DNA of 64,000 nucleotides from Candidatus Omnitrophota bacterium (GCA_043811395.1 JBDRNE010000115.1:12212-76211); one strand, 5' to 3'. Counted from the stretch's first letter, positions 39,297 through 49,569 are shown. The notes: generated by a model from the sequence alone, not told the origin. Made by a program: numbers and translations.

Positions 39297-39394
39297 TGGG
39301 GTCAGCCCTTGAAATGTGAAACTTAGCATAAATAAATTGTCAAGTTTCACATTTCAAGGGCTGACCCCAAAGCTCAGGGCTGACCCCAAAGCTC
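39297..39394. repeat. Palindromic mini-element (GGGGTCAG...CTGACCCC family), copy 2, with right-side tandem duplication
   Basis: Perfect 28-bp arms 39297-39324 / 39342-39369 identical to those at 9433; 17-nt loop; AGGGCTGACCCCAAAGCTC tandemly repeated at 39357-39375 and 39376-39394. Confidence 0.9.
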
Positions 39395-39417
39395 CTGGAG
39401 AATTAAGGAAGAAGGAT

Positions 39418-40542
39418 ATGATGACAAGTTACAGGCCGACATGGGCGGAAATAAATTTGAACGCGATTAAACATAATCTAAACTGTATAAGGGGTGTTAT
39501 TAGCGACAAGGTTAGCATTCTCGCGGTGGTTAAAGCCAATGCCTACGGCCATGGCATATGTCCTGTCAGCAAAGTTCTTGTGGAAGAAGGTGTGGATTAT
39601 TTAGGAGTGGCGACGGTCGATGAAGCATTAACTTTAAGAAAAGCAGGTATTTTAGTGCCCATTCTTGTTTTAGGGGCTGTTCTTAAAGAAGAGGCAAAAG
39701 CGGCTGTAAAGCATGATATTACACTTACTTTATGTAGTCGTGCGCTTTTACAAGTTTTTGCGGATATTGCGGACGAAACAAATATGAAGCCGAAAGTACA
39801 TGTTAAAATTGATACAGGAATGGGAAGAATAGGAATATGGCATGAGGAGGCAGTTCATTTCATGCGGGAAGTGTATTTAATGAAAAAAATTGAAATGGAA
39901 GGGATCTATACGCATTTTTCTTCTGCCGCAAGAGATAAAATGGTAACACAACTGCAAATAGAATATTTCGATAAAGTTTTAGAAGATTTAGAGAAAAGGG
40001 AAGGCATTTGTGTGAAATACCGGCATTCTGCTAATAGTATCGCGGTAGTTGATTGGAAATCGTCTCATTTGAATATGGTGCGTCCGGGTATTTTGCTTTA
40101 TGGCGTATACCCGAAAGAAGATTTTCGAAAAGAACTTAAGCTTAATCCGGTTATGAGTCTGAAAACCAAAATAGTGCATTTAAAAGAAGCGCCCCCGGGC
40201 AGAGCGATAAGTTATGGGAGAACCTATATAACACAGAAGTGGACGAAGATTGCTACAATTCCAATAGGGTACGCTGACGGATATGGGCGCATTCTTTCGA
40301 ATAAAGCGGAAGCTTTAATTCGGGGTCAATATGTGAGAATTGTGGGTATGGTTACAATGGATCAGACGCTTTTGGATGTCGGTCATATTGAAAATGTTCA
40401 AGAGGGCGATGAAGTGGTTTTGGTTGGCAGACAAGTTAATTCAGAAGTTAATATTGAAAAAATAGCGAAACTTGCGGGAACCATACCTTACGAGATTTTA
40501 TCCGCAATAACAGATAGAGTTCCGAGGGTTTATACTCGCTAG
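39418..40542 (+). CDS. alr: Alanine racemase
   Basis: AVVKANAYGHG, HVKIDTGMGRIG, SYG, IGYADG, TIPYEIL. Start 39418 or 39421; the upstream in-frame extension is the repeat element. Confidence 0.95.
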   Translation: MMTSYRPTWAEINLNAIKHNLNCIRGVISDKVSILAVVKANAYGHGICPVSKVLVEEGVDYLGVATVDEALTLRKAGILVPILVLGAVLKEEAKAAVKHDITLTLCSRALLQVFADIADETNMKPKVHVKIDTGMGRIGIWHEEAVHFMREVYLMKKIEMEGIYTHFSSAARDKMVTQLQIEYFDKVLEDLEKREGICVKYRHSANSIAVVDWKSSHLNMVRPGILLYGVYPKEDFRKELKLNPVMSLKTKIVHLKEAPPGRAISYGRTYITQKWTKIATIPIGYADGYGRILSNKAEALIRGQYVRIVGMVTMDQTLLDVGHIENVQEGDEVVLVGRQVNSEVNIEKIAKLAGTIPYEILSAITDRVPRVYTR

Positions 40543-40784
40543 TCTTTAAGTGTTTTTATTCGAAAGTGTATTTGTTTTTTAATCGAATATACAAACTGAG
40601 TTTTAGTGTGATCATGTAGTGAATGGGAAGAGCTATACAAACTCCCTTTGAAAAAAAAGGGGGGTAAATTAAAACAAATCTCTCTTAATTTTCCTTTTTT
40701 GAGGTGAGAAATTGAGGGGTGTTCCTTTTTTCTAAATGGATACGTTGTAGGGGAAACTGCTGAATTTGAAAAACTAAAACCTGG

Positions 40785-40812
40785 TTGACAAAGCTTTTCA
40801 ATATGCTATACT
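40785..40812 (+). promoter_or_regulatory. Sigma70 promoter of the ilvB operon
   Basis: TTGACA (40785-40790), 16-nt spacer ending TGC, TATACT (40807-40812), i.e. an extended -10. Confidence 0.7.
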
Positions 40813-40921
40813 TTTCCTTTATGTAAATTAGATCGTGCTTGCTATATTATAAAGAAAATATTATTATTAATAGTGGATCAAGGGGGCCTAATCGGGCAAA
40901 AGGTCGGAGAAGGGGAATAAA

Positions 40922-42616
40922 ATGAATAAAATTACTGGTGCTGAAATATTGATACAAAGCCTTAAAGCCGAAAAAGTGGAACATATTTTTGGATATCCGG
41001 GGGGTTCAATTATACCTTTGACTGATAAGTTTTACAGTGAAAAGGCTATAAAGTTTCATTTAACCCGACATGAACAAGGAGCGGTACACGCGGCGGATGG
41101 GTACGCGCGGGCGACAGGTAAAGTAGGCGTTTGTATCGCCACGTCAGGTCCCGGAGCGACAAATCTAGTTACCGGGATAGCGACTGCTCATATGGATTCT
41201 ATTCCGATAGTTGCTATTACCGGACAGGTTAATTCCGCGCTCATTGGTAATGACGCTTTTCAGGAAGCTGATATGGTAGGAATTACGCGTCCAATTACAA
41301 AACACAATTATCTTGTAAAAGATGTTAAAGAACTGGCGCAAGTTGTTAAAGAGGCTTTTCATATAGCAAGAACAGGCAGGCCGGGTCCTGTCTTGATAGA
41401 TTTGCCGGTAGATGTACAGCTTCAGACCGCGGAGTTTAAATATCCTAAAACAGTTACATTGAGAGGTTATAACCCTACATATAAAGGTCACATGGGTCAG
41501 ATCAAAAAAATTATTAAGGCCATTAACAAATGTAAAAAACCTGTTATTTACGCGGGAGGCGGGATTATTCTTTCCGGCGCGAGTAAGAATCTTACCGCAT
41601 TCGCGCGAAAAACAAAGATTCCTGTAACAACAACCTTAATGGGGCTTGGTGCTTTTCCCGAAGACGATTCTTTAAGTTTGGGTATGTTGGGGATGCATGG
41701 TACTGCTTACGCGAATAATGCTGTGCAGGAAGCAGATCTTATTATTGCCGTTGGCGCCAGGTTTGACGATAGAGTTACCGGTAGAGTTGATACATTCGCG
41801 CCCAAGGCTATAATCGCGCATATTGATATTGATCCGGCAAGTGTAAGCAAAAATGTACAAGTGGATATTCCCGTTATCGGCGATGCGAAAGAAATTCTTA
41901 ACGAATTGCAGAATTTATCTGGGAAAACTGATTTTACTGAATGGCACAAAAAAATTTCTACTTGGAAAAGAGAAATTCCGCTTAGGTATAAAGATGATAA
42001 TAAATTGAGGCCTCAATTTATTATTGAGGAAATGTATAAATTAACCAAGGGCGAAGATGTTATAATTTGTACAGAAGTAGGTCAGAATCAGATGTGGGCG
42101 GCGCAGTATTATACATATACAAAACCGCGGACATGGATTTCCAGTGGAGGATTGGGAACTATGGGGTATGGGTTTCCGGCGGCGATTGGGGCAAAAATAG
42201 GCCGGCCCGAAGCTACAGTATTTGATATAGCGGGTGATGGCAGTATTCAGATGAACATACAGGAACTTGCGTTAGCGGTAATGGAAAAAATACCGGTCAA
42301 AATAGTTATCCTAAATAATGGATATCTTGGTATGGTACGTCAATGGCAGGAGCTTTTTTATGATAAAAGATACGCTTTTACGAATATTACGCAAGATATT
42401 GGCACAACATGCCCTGATTTTGTGAAATTAGCGGAAAGCTATGGCGCCAAGGGAATCAGGGTAACGAAAAAAGAGGAAGTAAAAAAAGCTCTCAAAGCGG
42501 CTTTAAAAGCAAAAGGAACAGTGCTTTTGGATTGTATAATCGAAAGAGAAGAAAACGTTTTCCCCATGGTTCCGGCGGGCGAATCTATTAGCACAATGTT
42601 GCATGGATTGGCGTAG
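40922..42616 (+). CDS. ilvB: Acetolactate synthase large subunit
   Basis: [39 protein letters not shown]...NN TPP motif. Confidence 0.96.
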   Translation: MNKITGAEILIQSLKAEKVEHIFGYPGGSIIPLTDKFYSEKAIKFHLTRHEQGAVHAADGYARATGKVGVCIATSGPGATNLVTGIATAHMDSIPIVAITGQVNSALIGNDAFQEADMVGITRPITKHNYLVKDVKELAQVVKEAFHIARTGRPGPVLIDLPVDVQLQTAEFKYPKTVTLRGYNPTYKGHMGQIKKIIKAINKCKKPVIYAGGGIILSGASKNLTAFARKTKIPVTTTLMGLGAFPEDDSLSLGMLGMHGTAYANNAVQEADLIIAVGARFDDRVTGRVDTFAPKAIIAHIDIDPASVSKNVQVDIPVIGDAKEILNELQNLSGKTDFTEWHKKISTWKREIPLRYKDDNKLRPQFIIEEMYKLTKGEDVIICTEVGQNQMWAAQYYTYTKPRTWISSGGLGTMGYGFPAAIGAKIGRPEATVFDIAGDGSIQMNIQELALAVMEKIPVKIVILNNGYLGMVRQWQELFYDKRYAFTNITQDIGTTCPDFVKLAESYGAKGIRVTKKEEVKKALKAALKAKGTVLLDCIIEREENVFPMVPAGESISTMLHGLA

Positions 42617-42652
42617 TAAGTATATGTAACGCAAATTTAAGGAGATAAGGGT

Positions 42653-43144
42653 ATGTCAAAATTTGTTATTGCGGCATTAGTTGAAAATAAGTTTGGTGTT
42701 TTAGCTAGAGTTGCGGGTCTTTTTAGCGCCAGAGGGTTTAATATTGATTCTTTGGCCGTGGGTGAAACCGAAGATCCCGATGTTTCGCGTATGACTATTG
42801 TTGTTGAAGCAGACGAAAAAATTCTCGAACAAGTAAAAAAACAGCTCAACAAACTGATAGAAGTGATTAAAGTACACGATCTTACAGGCGGGGAGTATGT
42901 TGATAGGGAATTAATACTTATCAAAATCAAAGCTGAAAACACCGAAGTGCGGGAGAAAATAGTGCAGGTTGTGGATTCAACCGGAGCGGAAATAATTGAC
43001 ATCGGGAAAAATTTTCTTACAGTGGAAGAATCCGGAGATGAGCATAAAATCAAAACTTTGATTGAGCTTGTACGTCCTTACGGTATTCTTGAAATTGTCA
43101 GGACAGGTAAAATCGCAGTTAAATCAAATAAGGAGGAAGTGTAA
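42653..43144 (+). CDS. ilvN: Acetolactate synthase small subunit
   Basis: [39 protein letters not shown]. Confidence 0.95.
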   Translation: MSKFVIAALVENKFGVLARVAGLFSARGFNIDSLAVGETEDPDVSRMTIVVEADEKILEQVKKQLNKLIEVIKVHDLTGGEYVDRELILIKIKAENTEVREKIVQVVDSTGAEIIDIGKNFLTVEESGDEHKIKTLIELVRPYGILEIVRTGKIAVKSNKEEV

Positions 43145-44133
43145 TGGCAAAAATGTATTATGACAATGATGCGGATTTAAGCGTGATAAAAGGTCTTAAA
43201 GTCGCGATAATAGGTTATGGAATACAAGGACGCGGGCAAGCTTTGAATTTACGTGATAGCGGGGTTGAAGTTTTAGTTAGCGAGTTGGAAGGAACACCAA
43301 ACTATGAACAGGCAAAAAAAGACGGGTTTGAAGTGTTTTCAGCAAGTGACGCGGCGAAAAACTCGGATATTATACAAATTTTAACACAGGATCATGTGCA
43401 AGGCGCTGTATATAAAAATGCCATAGAAGCGAATTTGAAAGAGGGAGACGCGCTTGTTTTTTCACATGGGTTTAATATTCACTTTAAACAGATAGTTCCC
43501 CCGAAGAATGTAGACGTTTTTATGGTAGCTCCAAAGGGGCCGGGCGCTTTGGTGCGTGAGATGTATGAACAGGGTAAAGGGGTTCCTTGTCTTATAGCGG
43601 TGTATCAGGATTTTAGCGGAAAAGCCAAAGATAAAGCCCTTGCTTACGCTAAAGCTTTGGGAGGAACACGAGCCGGTGTTATCGAAACCACATTTAAAGA
43701 GGAAACAGAAACTGATCTGTTTGGCGAACAGGCAGTGCTTTGCGGCGGAGCCTCAGAACTTATAAAAGCCGGGTTTGATACTCTTGTGTCTGCTGGTTAT
43801 CAACCGGAAATAGCTTATTTTGAATGTCTTCATGAGCTGAAACTTATTACGGATCTTGTTTATAAATACGGGATTTCCGGAATGCGCAAAAGAGTTTCGG
43901 ATACCGCGGAGTATGGTGATATAACAAGGGGCAAAAGAGTTATTGATCAGCATACACGCGAGGAAATGAAAAAAATCCTTAGTGAAATTCAGTCCGGCAG
44001 TTTCGCGGATGAATGGATAAAGGAAAATGAAAATGGACGTCCGAATTACAATAGAATAACGCAGGAAGAAAAGGGACACCAAATAGAAAAGGTTGGAAGT
44101 GAATTGCGCGGTATGATGCCGTGGATGGAATAG
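43144..44133 (+). CDS. ilvC: Ketol-acid reductoisomerase
   Basis: [45 protein letters not shown]. Confidence 0.97.
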   Translation: MAKMYYDNDADLSVIKGLKVAIIGYGIQGRGQALNLRDSGVEVLVSELEGTPNYEQAKKDGFEVFSASDAAKNSDIIQILTQDHVQGAVYKNAIEANLKEGDALVFSHGFNIHFKQIVPPKNVDVFMVAPKGPGALVREMYEQGKGVPCLIAVYQDFSGKAKDKALAYAKALGGTRAGVIETTFKEETETDLFGEQAVLCGGASELIKAGFDTLVSAGYQPEIAYFECLHELKLITDLVYKYGISGMRKRVSDTAEYGDITRGKRVIDQHTREEMKKILSEIQSGSFADEWIKENENGRPNYNRITQEEKGHQIEKVGSELRGMMPWME

Positions 44134-44143
44134 CAAATTATTA

Positions 44144-44179
44144 GGGGTCAGGTTTTGACATTTGTCAAAACCTGACCCC
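44144..44179. repeat. Short GGGGTCAG...CTGACCCC palindrome
   Basis: GGGGTCAGGTTTTGACA-TT-TGTCAAAACCTGACCCC, perfect 17-bp arms, 10 nt after the ilvC stop. Confidence 0.85.
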
Positions 44180-44227
44180 CTGGCAAATTTGAATTTTGTC
44201 ATTTGTCATTAATTAAAGGGACGTATT

Positions 44228-45754
44228 ATGGAAAAAGACAGACTTATTATTTTTGATACAACTTTAAGAGACGGAGAGCAGACTCCTGGCGCGAGTCTTA
44301 CGGCCAATGAAAAACTTAAAATCGCTTTACAGCTTGAAAAGCTGGGAGTTGATATTATTGAAGCCGGGTTTCCTCGTACAAGCCCTGGAGATCTTTTGGC
44401 CGTAAAAACTGTTAGTAAACATATTAAGGGCGCGGTAATTTGCGCTTTAGCAAGGGCCACAAAAAAAGACATTGATGATGCGTATGAAGCTCTTAAAAAC
44501 GCGCGGCAGGGAAGAGTTCATATTTTTCTTGCAACTTCCGCCATACATCGAAAGTATAAACTGCGTAAAGCAAAAGATGAAATTTTAAAGACTTCAATAG
44601 AAGCTGTAAAATACGCGCGAAAAAAATTTTCCGATATAGAATTTTCTCCGGAAGATGCTTCTCGGACGGAACCGGACTTTTTAGCTCAGGTTGTGGAAGC
44701 TGTAATAAAAGCAGGAGCAAAAACCGTGAATATTCCGGATACTGTGGGGTATTCTGTGCCGGGAGAGTTCGGCGCGGTGATAAAAGGATTGAAAGATTCA
44801 GTGCCGAATATCAATAAGGCCGTAATAAGCGTTCATTGCCACAACGATTTGGGGCTTGGAGTAAGCAATTCTTTGTCAGCCGTTTTAAATGGAGCAAGGC
44901 AAGTGGAGTGTACCATTAACGGGCTGGGAGAGCGGGCCGGAAATGCGGCATTAGAGGAAATAGTTATGGCGCTTAAAATGCGAAAAGACATATTTAGTGG
45001 CATTATGACAAATATACAGACTAAACAGCTGTATAAAACGAGCCGGCTTGTCAGCAGGTTAACCGGGATTACTGTTCAGCCTAATAAGGCCATTATAGGA
45101 GAAAACGCGTTTAGTCACGAGTCGGGGATTCATCAGGACGGTATTTTAAAACGGCGTGATACGTATGAAATTATTCGTCCGCAGGATGTCGGTTTTAAGG
45201 GAAGCAAACTCGTTTTGGGCAAACTTTCAGGCAGACACGCTTTTTCAGAACGTTTGAAAGATTTGGGGTACCAGCTTTCAGGCAAGGAATTGGATCAGGC
45301 ATTTATAAGGTTTAAAGCTTTGGCTGACAAGAAAAGTAAAATATTTGATGAGGATCTTGCGGTAATTGTTGAAGACGAACTTTCAATGGTGAGAGAAGAG
45401 TATAAACTTATTAATTTTCAGGTGACAAGCGGGAATAAAATAAATCCGGTAGCGAATGTAGAGCTAGAGAAAGATAAGGAAAGAATAAGCGCAAGCTCAA
45501 CAGGTGACGGGCCAGTAGACGCGTGTTTTAAAACGATCGATAAAGCCATCGGTCTTAAAGGGAAACTTATTGATTATAAAGTTAGCGCTGTGACAAGCGG
45601 GAAAGACGCCTTAGGGGAAGCAAGCGTTAAAGTCGCGTTTGGGCATGAAAGCGTGATAGGCAGGGCTTCGAGTACGGATGTAATCGAGGCAAGTGTTCGG
45701 GCCTACGTAAATGCCGTTAACCGTTTCAGTTTGAGAAAGAAAAAACTCAGGTAG
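44228..45754 (+). CDS. leuA: 2-isopropylmalate synthase
   Basis: FDTTLRDGEQ, PDTVG, HCHNDLG, GERAGNA, HESGIHQDG, regulatory domain GDGPVDA. Confidence 0.95.
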   Translation: MEKDRLIIFDTTLRDGEQTPGASLTANEKLKIALQLEKLGVDIIEAGFPRTSPGDLLAVKTVSKHIKGAVICALARATKKDIDDAYEALKNARQGRVHIFLATSAIHRKYKLRKAKDEILKTSIEAVKYARKKFSDIEFSPEDASRTEPDFLAQVVEAVIKAGAKTVNIPDTVGYSVPGEFGAVIKGLKDSVPNINKAVISVHCHNDLGLGVSNSLSAVLNGARQVECTINGLGERAGNAALEEIVMALKMRKDIFSGIMTNIQTKQLYKTSRLVSRLTGITVQPNKAIIGENAFSHESGIHQDGILKRRDTYEIIRPQDVGFKGSKLVLGKLSGRHAFSERLKDLGYQLSGKELDQAFIRFKALADKKSKIFDEDLAVIVEDELSMVREEYKLINFQVTSGNKINPVANVELEKDKERISASSTGDGPVDACFKTIDKAIGLKGKLIDYKVSAVTSGKDALGEASVKVAFGHESVIGRASSTDVIEASVRAYVNAVNRFSLRKKKLR

Positions 45755-45809
45755 GGAAGAGGTATGCCCCTTTCGGTATGTTTAATGTATAGGAATTTCA
45801 ATGTTTATG

Positions 45810-45899
45810 AGATTTTTCGTTGAACGCTCCACTCGTTCCTAAGAATGATGCTAGCTGTCACTCTGTGGGAAAGAGCTTTGCGACTGAGTCGAAGGATCT
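45810..45899. repeat. Degenerate inverted REP-like pair
   Basis: AGATTTTTCG...AGAATGAT followed by GTCACTCT...CGAAGGATCT; only the ends are complementary. Confidence 0.35.
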
Positions 45900-45918
45900 A
45901 ATTAAACAAAATTTTATT

Positions 45919-46842
45919 ATGACGGAAAATTCAAAAAATAAAAAACTTTATGGTCTTTTAGGCAGAAATATAAACTATTCTTTATCTCCCGCCATGCATA
46001 ATGCCGCGTTCAGGCATTTCAACATTCCCGCTGAATACGCAATTTTTGATAAAGAGCCGAATGAATTAAACGATTTTTTTAAAAACGAAGTTTTAACCGG
46101 TAAAATCGCTGGACTCAATGTTACGGTGCCGTATAAATTAGATGTTAAAAAAATGTTAGAAGAAGATTTTTCTAAAAGCTCGGACGGATTTGAAGCTTTG
46201 GCAAAAATGACAGGAGCTGTTAATACCATAACAATAAATAATGGAAGGGTTAAAGGTTATAATACTGATGCTCCTGGCTTTATTACATCTATAAGTGTAG
46301 ATGCGGGATATGGTTCACGGCAAGGGAATGAGAACGTTTTTGTAGCAGGCGCTGGGGGTGGAAGCCACGCGGTATGTTTTATTTTGGCTTTTCAGTCGAG
46401 AAAACCCAAGAATATTTACGTATATGATCCAGAAAAAGTCAAAACAGATACTTTAAAAACGAACTTTGAAAATGCGCGCAGTAAGTTTTCGGATATTCCT
46501 GATATTTTACGTATTATTTCGCTAGATGAGAGAGAAAATATAGTTAAAGATTGTAATTTGATTGTAAATACTACGCCGCTTGGTACGCATGAGGGTGATC
46601 CAATGCCGATTCCCTCGGAATGGTTAAAGCCAGGCCTGACGGTATATGATCTGGTTTATGCCAGGGAAACTGAACTTGTTAGAGCGGCAAAAGAAAAAGG
46701 GCTTAGAGCGTCCGGCGGGCTTGGTATGTTAGTTGGACAGGCGGCGCAGGCGTTTTATCTTTGGGAAAACAAACCTTTTATAGAAGTTAGAGAAATAATG
46801 AAACAAGCGGCTCTCAAAGAACTCGCGAAACGAAAGGCCTAA
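45919..46842 (+). CDS. aroE: Shikimate dehydrogenase
   Basis: SLSPAMHN, GLNVTVPYK, GAVNT, NTD, GAGG, NTTPLG, DLVY, GLGMLVGQA. Confidence 0.93.
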   Translation: MTENSKNKKLYGLLGRNINYSLSPAMHNAAFRHFNIPAEYAIFDKEPNELNDFFKNEVLTGKIAGLNVTVPYKLDVKKMLEEDFSKSSDGFEALAKMTGAVNTITINNGRVKGYNTDAPGFITSISVDAGYGSRQGNENVFVAGAGGGSHAVCFILAFQSRKPKNIYVYDPEKVKTDTLKTNFENARSKFSDIPDILRIISLDERENIVKDCNLIVNTTPLGTHEGDPMPIPSEWLKPGLTVYDLVYARETELVRAAKEKGLRASGGLGMLVGQAAQAFYLWENKPFIEVREIMKQAALKELAKRKA

Positions 46843-47610
46843 ATGGAAAAACTTATTATTTTTGTTTTTGGCGCGATTATCGGCAGTTTTTTAAACGTGT
46901 GTATTTATAGGCTACCTTTAGGTAAATCCATTGTCCATCCGCATTCTTTTTGCCCACATTGTGAACGTCCCATTAAATGGTTTGATAATGTTCCTTTGAT
47001 TAGCTTTTTGATTCTTTTTGGCAAATGCCGTTATTGTAAAAATTCTATATCGGCCAGGTATTTTGTTGTTGAATTAGTAACCGCGCTTAGCGGCGTAATT
47101 TTATTATTTTATTTTCCGATTAGCGCGCCTTTTTTTGTATACTGGGTTTTGGTATGCGCGCTTATTACAATAACCTTTATTGATATTGAACATCAGGAAA
47201 TACCGGATGTTATAAGTCTTCCAGGGATTCTTGTCGGGCTTATTTTGATGACGGTTTTTAAGCTTGACGGGTCACCGGTATATATGAAATCTTTTTTGAA
47301 TTCTGCAGTTGGAGTTCTTGCCGGCGGCGGGCTTATGTTTCTTTTGGGCGCTTTTGGTGAACTGATTTTTAAGAAAGAAGCGCTTGGCGGAGGCGATGTG
47401 AAATTAATGGCGATGATAGGCGCTTTTTTAGGATGGAAACTTGTTGTTTTAACTTTCTTTTTGGCACCTGTTATGGGATCTGTTGTAGGTATTTTTCTGA
47501 AAATCCGGTTCAGTAGAGAAATAATCCCTTATGGGCCGTATCTTTCAATCGGGGCGGTTATAAGTTTGCTTTATGGAGATAAAATATTGCATTATTTGTT
47601 TCTAATATGA
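46843..47610 (+). CDS. pilD: Type IV prepilin peptidase
   Basis: GSFLNVCIYRLP, CPHC and CRYC, FIDIEH, GGGDVKL, PYGPYL. Confidence 0.93.
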   Translation: MEKLIIFVFGAIIGSFLNVCIYRLPLGKSIVHPHSFCPHCERPIKWFDNVPLISFLILFGKCRYCKNSISARYFVVELVTALSGVILLFYFPISAPFFVYWVLVCALITITFIDIEHQEIPDVISLPGILVGLILMTVFKLDGSPVYMKSFLNSAVGVLAGGGLMFLLGAFGELIFKKEALGGGDVKLMAMIGAFLGWKLVVLTFFLAPVMGSVVGIFLKIRFSREIIPYGPYLSIGAVISLLYGDKILHYLFLI

Positions 47611-47679
47611 TTGACAATAAGTTTTTTAGGTAGCGACAAAATTAGCGAAAACAGCCGGACAAAATAGAGGGGGAGTATA

Positions 47680-48831
47680 ATGTTACGATATATGACCGCT
47701 GGAGAATCTCACGGTAAAGCTTTAATAGCGATTATTGATGGTGTGCCGGCGGGTCTTACCATTGATGAAAAAGCCGTGAAATTTATATGGGACGAACTCC
47801 ATAAGAGGATGTCGGGATATGGTAGAGGCGCACGTATGGCAATAGAAACTGATTGCGGAAAGAATGTGGAAATATTGTCGGGTATTCGTAAAGGCGTAAC
47901 CATAGGTAGTCCCGTAGCGATAGAACTTGTTAATAACGATTTTAAAATTAATGATTTGCCGGATGTTAAATGTCCGAGGCCGGGGCACGCGGATTTGGCA
48001 GGTATGCAGAAATATAATTTTAAAGACGCGAGAGATGTTCTTGAACGTGCTAGCGCGCGTGAAACTGCCGCGAGAGTAGCCGTGGGAGCGGTTATTAAAT
48101 TGTTTCTCAAAGAATTCGGCATAAGGATATTGAGTCATGTGACTATGATAGGTCGGGTTAAGGCGCGTACGGGAAATCTTTCGTTTGATGAAATTGCCAG
48201 TCTTACAGATCCGGATACCTCACCCTTGCGATGCGCGGATAAAAACGCTGAGAAAAAAATGTGTAAAGAAATTGATAAGGCAAAAGCGCATGGTGATACT
48301 CTCGGCGGGGCTTTTGAAGTTGTTGCTACCGGTGTTCCTTCGGGGCTTGGTAGTTATGTTCAGTGGGATAAAAGGTTAGACGCGGAATTGGCGCGCTTAA
48401 TTGTATCAATTCCGGCTGTGAAAGCTGTTTCAATCGGTGAGGGTATTGCGGTTGCCGCGAATACGGGATCAGAAACGCATGACCCAATAGAATATGATAT
48501 GAACGAGAAAATATTTAAAAGAACGACTAATAATGCCGGCGGGATTGAAGGCGGCATGACGAATGGTATGCCTGTTATAATTACCGGGTTTATGAAACCA
48601 ATAGCGACTTTAAAAAATCCGTTAAAGTCAGTTGATATTGATAGTAAAAAGGAATCTACGGCGGCAACTGAAAGGTCGGATGTTACGGCTGTCGCGGCGT
48701 GTGGAGTGGTCGCTGAATCTATGGCGGCGTTTGGAATAGGCGCGGCGTTTTTAGATAAATTCGGTGGAGATTCTATGCGGGAAGTGCAGTGTAATTATGG
48801 CGCATATATGGAATACCTGAAAAAAATGTAA
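47680..48831 (+). CDS. aroC: Chorismate synthase
   Basis: TAGESHG, PRPGHAD, ERASARETA, NNAGGIEGG, KPIATL, ERSD. Confidence 0.96.
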   Translation: MLRYMTAGESHGKALIAIIDGVPAGLTIDEKAVKFIWDELHKRMSGYGRGARMAIETDCGKNVEILSGIRKGVTIGSPVAIELVNNDFKINDLPDVKCPRPGHADLAGMQKYNFKDARDVLERASARETAARVAVGAVIKLFLKEFGIRILSHVTMIGRVKARTGNLSFDEIASLTDPDTSPLRCADKNAEKKMCKEIDKAKAHGDTLGGAFEVVATGVPSGLGSYVQWDKRLDAELARLIVSIPAVKAVSIGEGIAVAANTGSETHDPIEYDMNEKIFKRTTNNAGGIEGGMTNGMPVIITGFMKPIATLKNPLKSVDIDSKKESTAATERSDVTAVAACGVVAESMAAFGIGAAFLDKFGGDSMREVQCNYGAYMEYLKKM

Positions 48832-48858
48832 GATTAAAAGGTTTGGTAATCAGAAAAT

Positions 48859-49377
48859 ATGAAGAATATTGTTCTTGTGGGTTTTATGGGGACTGGAAAA
48901 ACTATTATTTCTAAAGCGTTGTCCGAGCGTTTAAAAAAAAAGCGTGTTAGTATAGATGAAATGATAGAGCTTCAGGAAGGTAAAAAAATTAGTGATATTT
49001 TTAAAGATCAGGGGGAAGCTTACTTTCGGGTAATAGAAAAAGTTTTGGTCAAAGAAGTATCTCGTAAATCCGATCAAATAGTAGACGCGGGCGGCGGGGT
49101 AGTGTTGGACGCGGAAAATATGAAAAACCTAAAAAGTAACGGGTTTGTGATTTGTCTTTGGGCTGACCCAAAAGTTATTTATGAAAGGACAAAAAAGTAT
49201 AAGCATAGGCCTCTTTTAAAGGTGGAAAGCCCTATGCAAAAAATTGAAGAACTGTTGGAGTTTAGGCGCTCCTTTTATGAAAAATCTGATTTTCATATTG
49301 ATACAACAAATTTAGATATAGATACGATACTGAAAAAGATAGAATTAATTATAACCAAAACCGAATCCAAAAAATAA
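48859..49377 (+). CDS. aroK: Shikimate kinase
   Basis: LVGFMGTGKT, GEAYFR..E, GGG, RPLL. Confidence 0.93.
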   Translation: MKNIVLVGFMGTGKTIISKALSERLKKKRVSIDEMIELQEGKKISDIFKDQGEAYFRVIEKVLVKEVSRKSDQIVDAGGGVVLDAENMKNLKSNGFVICLWADPKVIYERTKKYKHRPLLKVESPMQKIEELLEFRRSFYEKSDFHIDTTNLDIDTILKKIELIITKTESKK

Positions 49378-49390
49378 ATACACATTTTAG

Positions 49391-49483
49391 ATTCCGGATA
49401 CCCTGTTCCTCTTCGACAAGTTCCTGTCGATATCACTCGAGACAGGCAGGACAGGCAGGCCTGGTAAAGGGTTTCGGGATGAC
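49391..49483. repeat. Nested palindromic (REP-in-REP-like) structure
   Basis: Outer ATTCCGGATACCCT / AGGGTTTCGGGATGAC, inner CCTGTC...GACAGG hairpin (49423-49446), tandem GACAGGCAG x2 (49441-49458). Confidence 0.5.
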
Positions 49484-49569
49484 AATTCGGGGAATTATTT
49501 TTTGGAATGGGCATAATAACGATACGAGTAGCAGGAAAGGGTTAACGTAATAACGAAAGTGAGGGTTTA

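Noticed and set aside
39316-39417. N-terminal extension of Alr (similarly LolE 11136-11216 and AroE 45820-45918)
   Set aside because: These in-frame extensions are translations of repeat elements; family homology begins at downstream ATGs.
40821-40920. Attenuator leader peptide for ilvB (ILLLIV codon run; GTG-initiated MLAIL)
   Set aside because: The ILLLIV frame has no canonical start codon, the short ORF lacks an RBS, and no terminator/antiterminator is evident; Ile/Leu codons are expected in AT-rich DNA.
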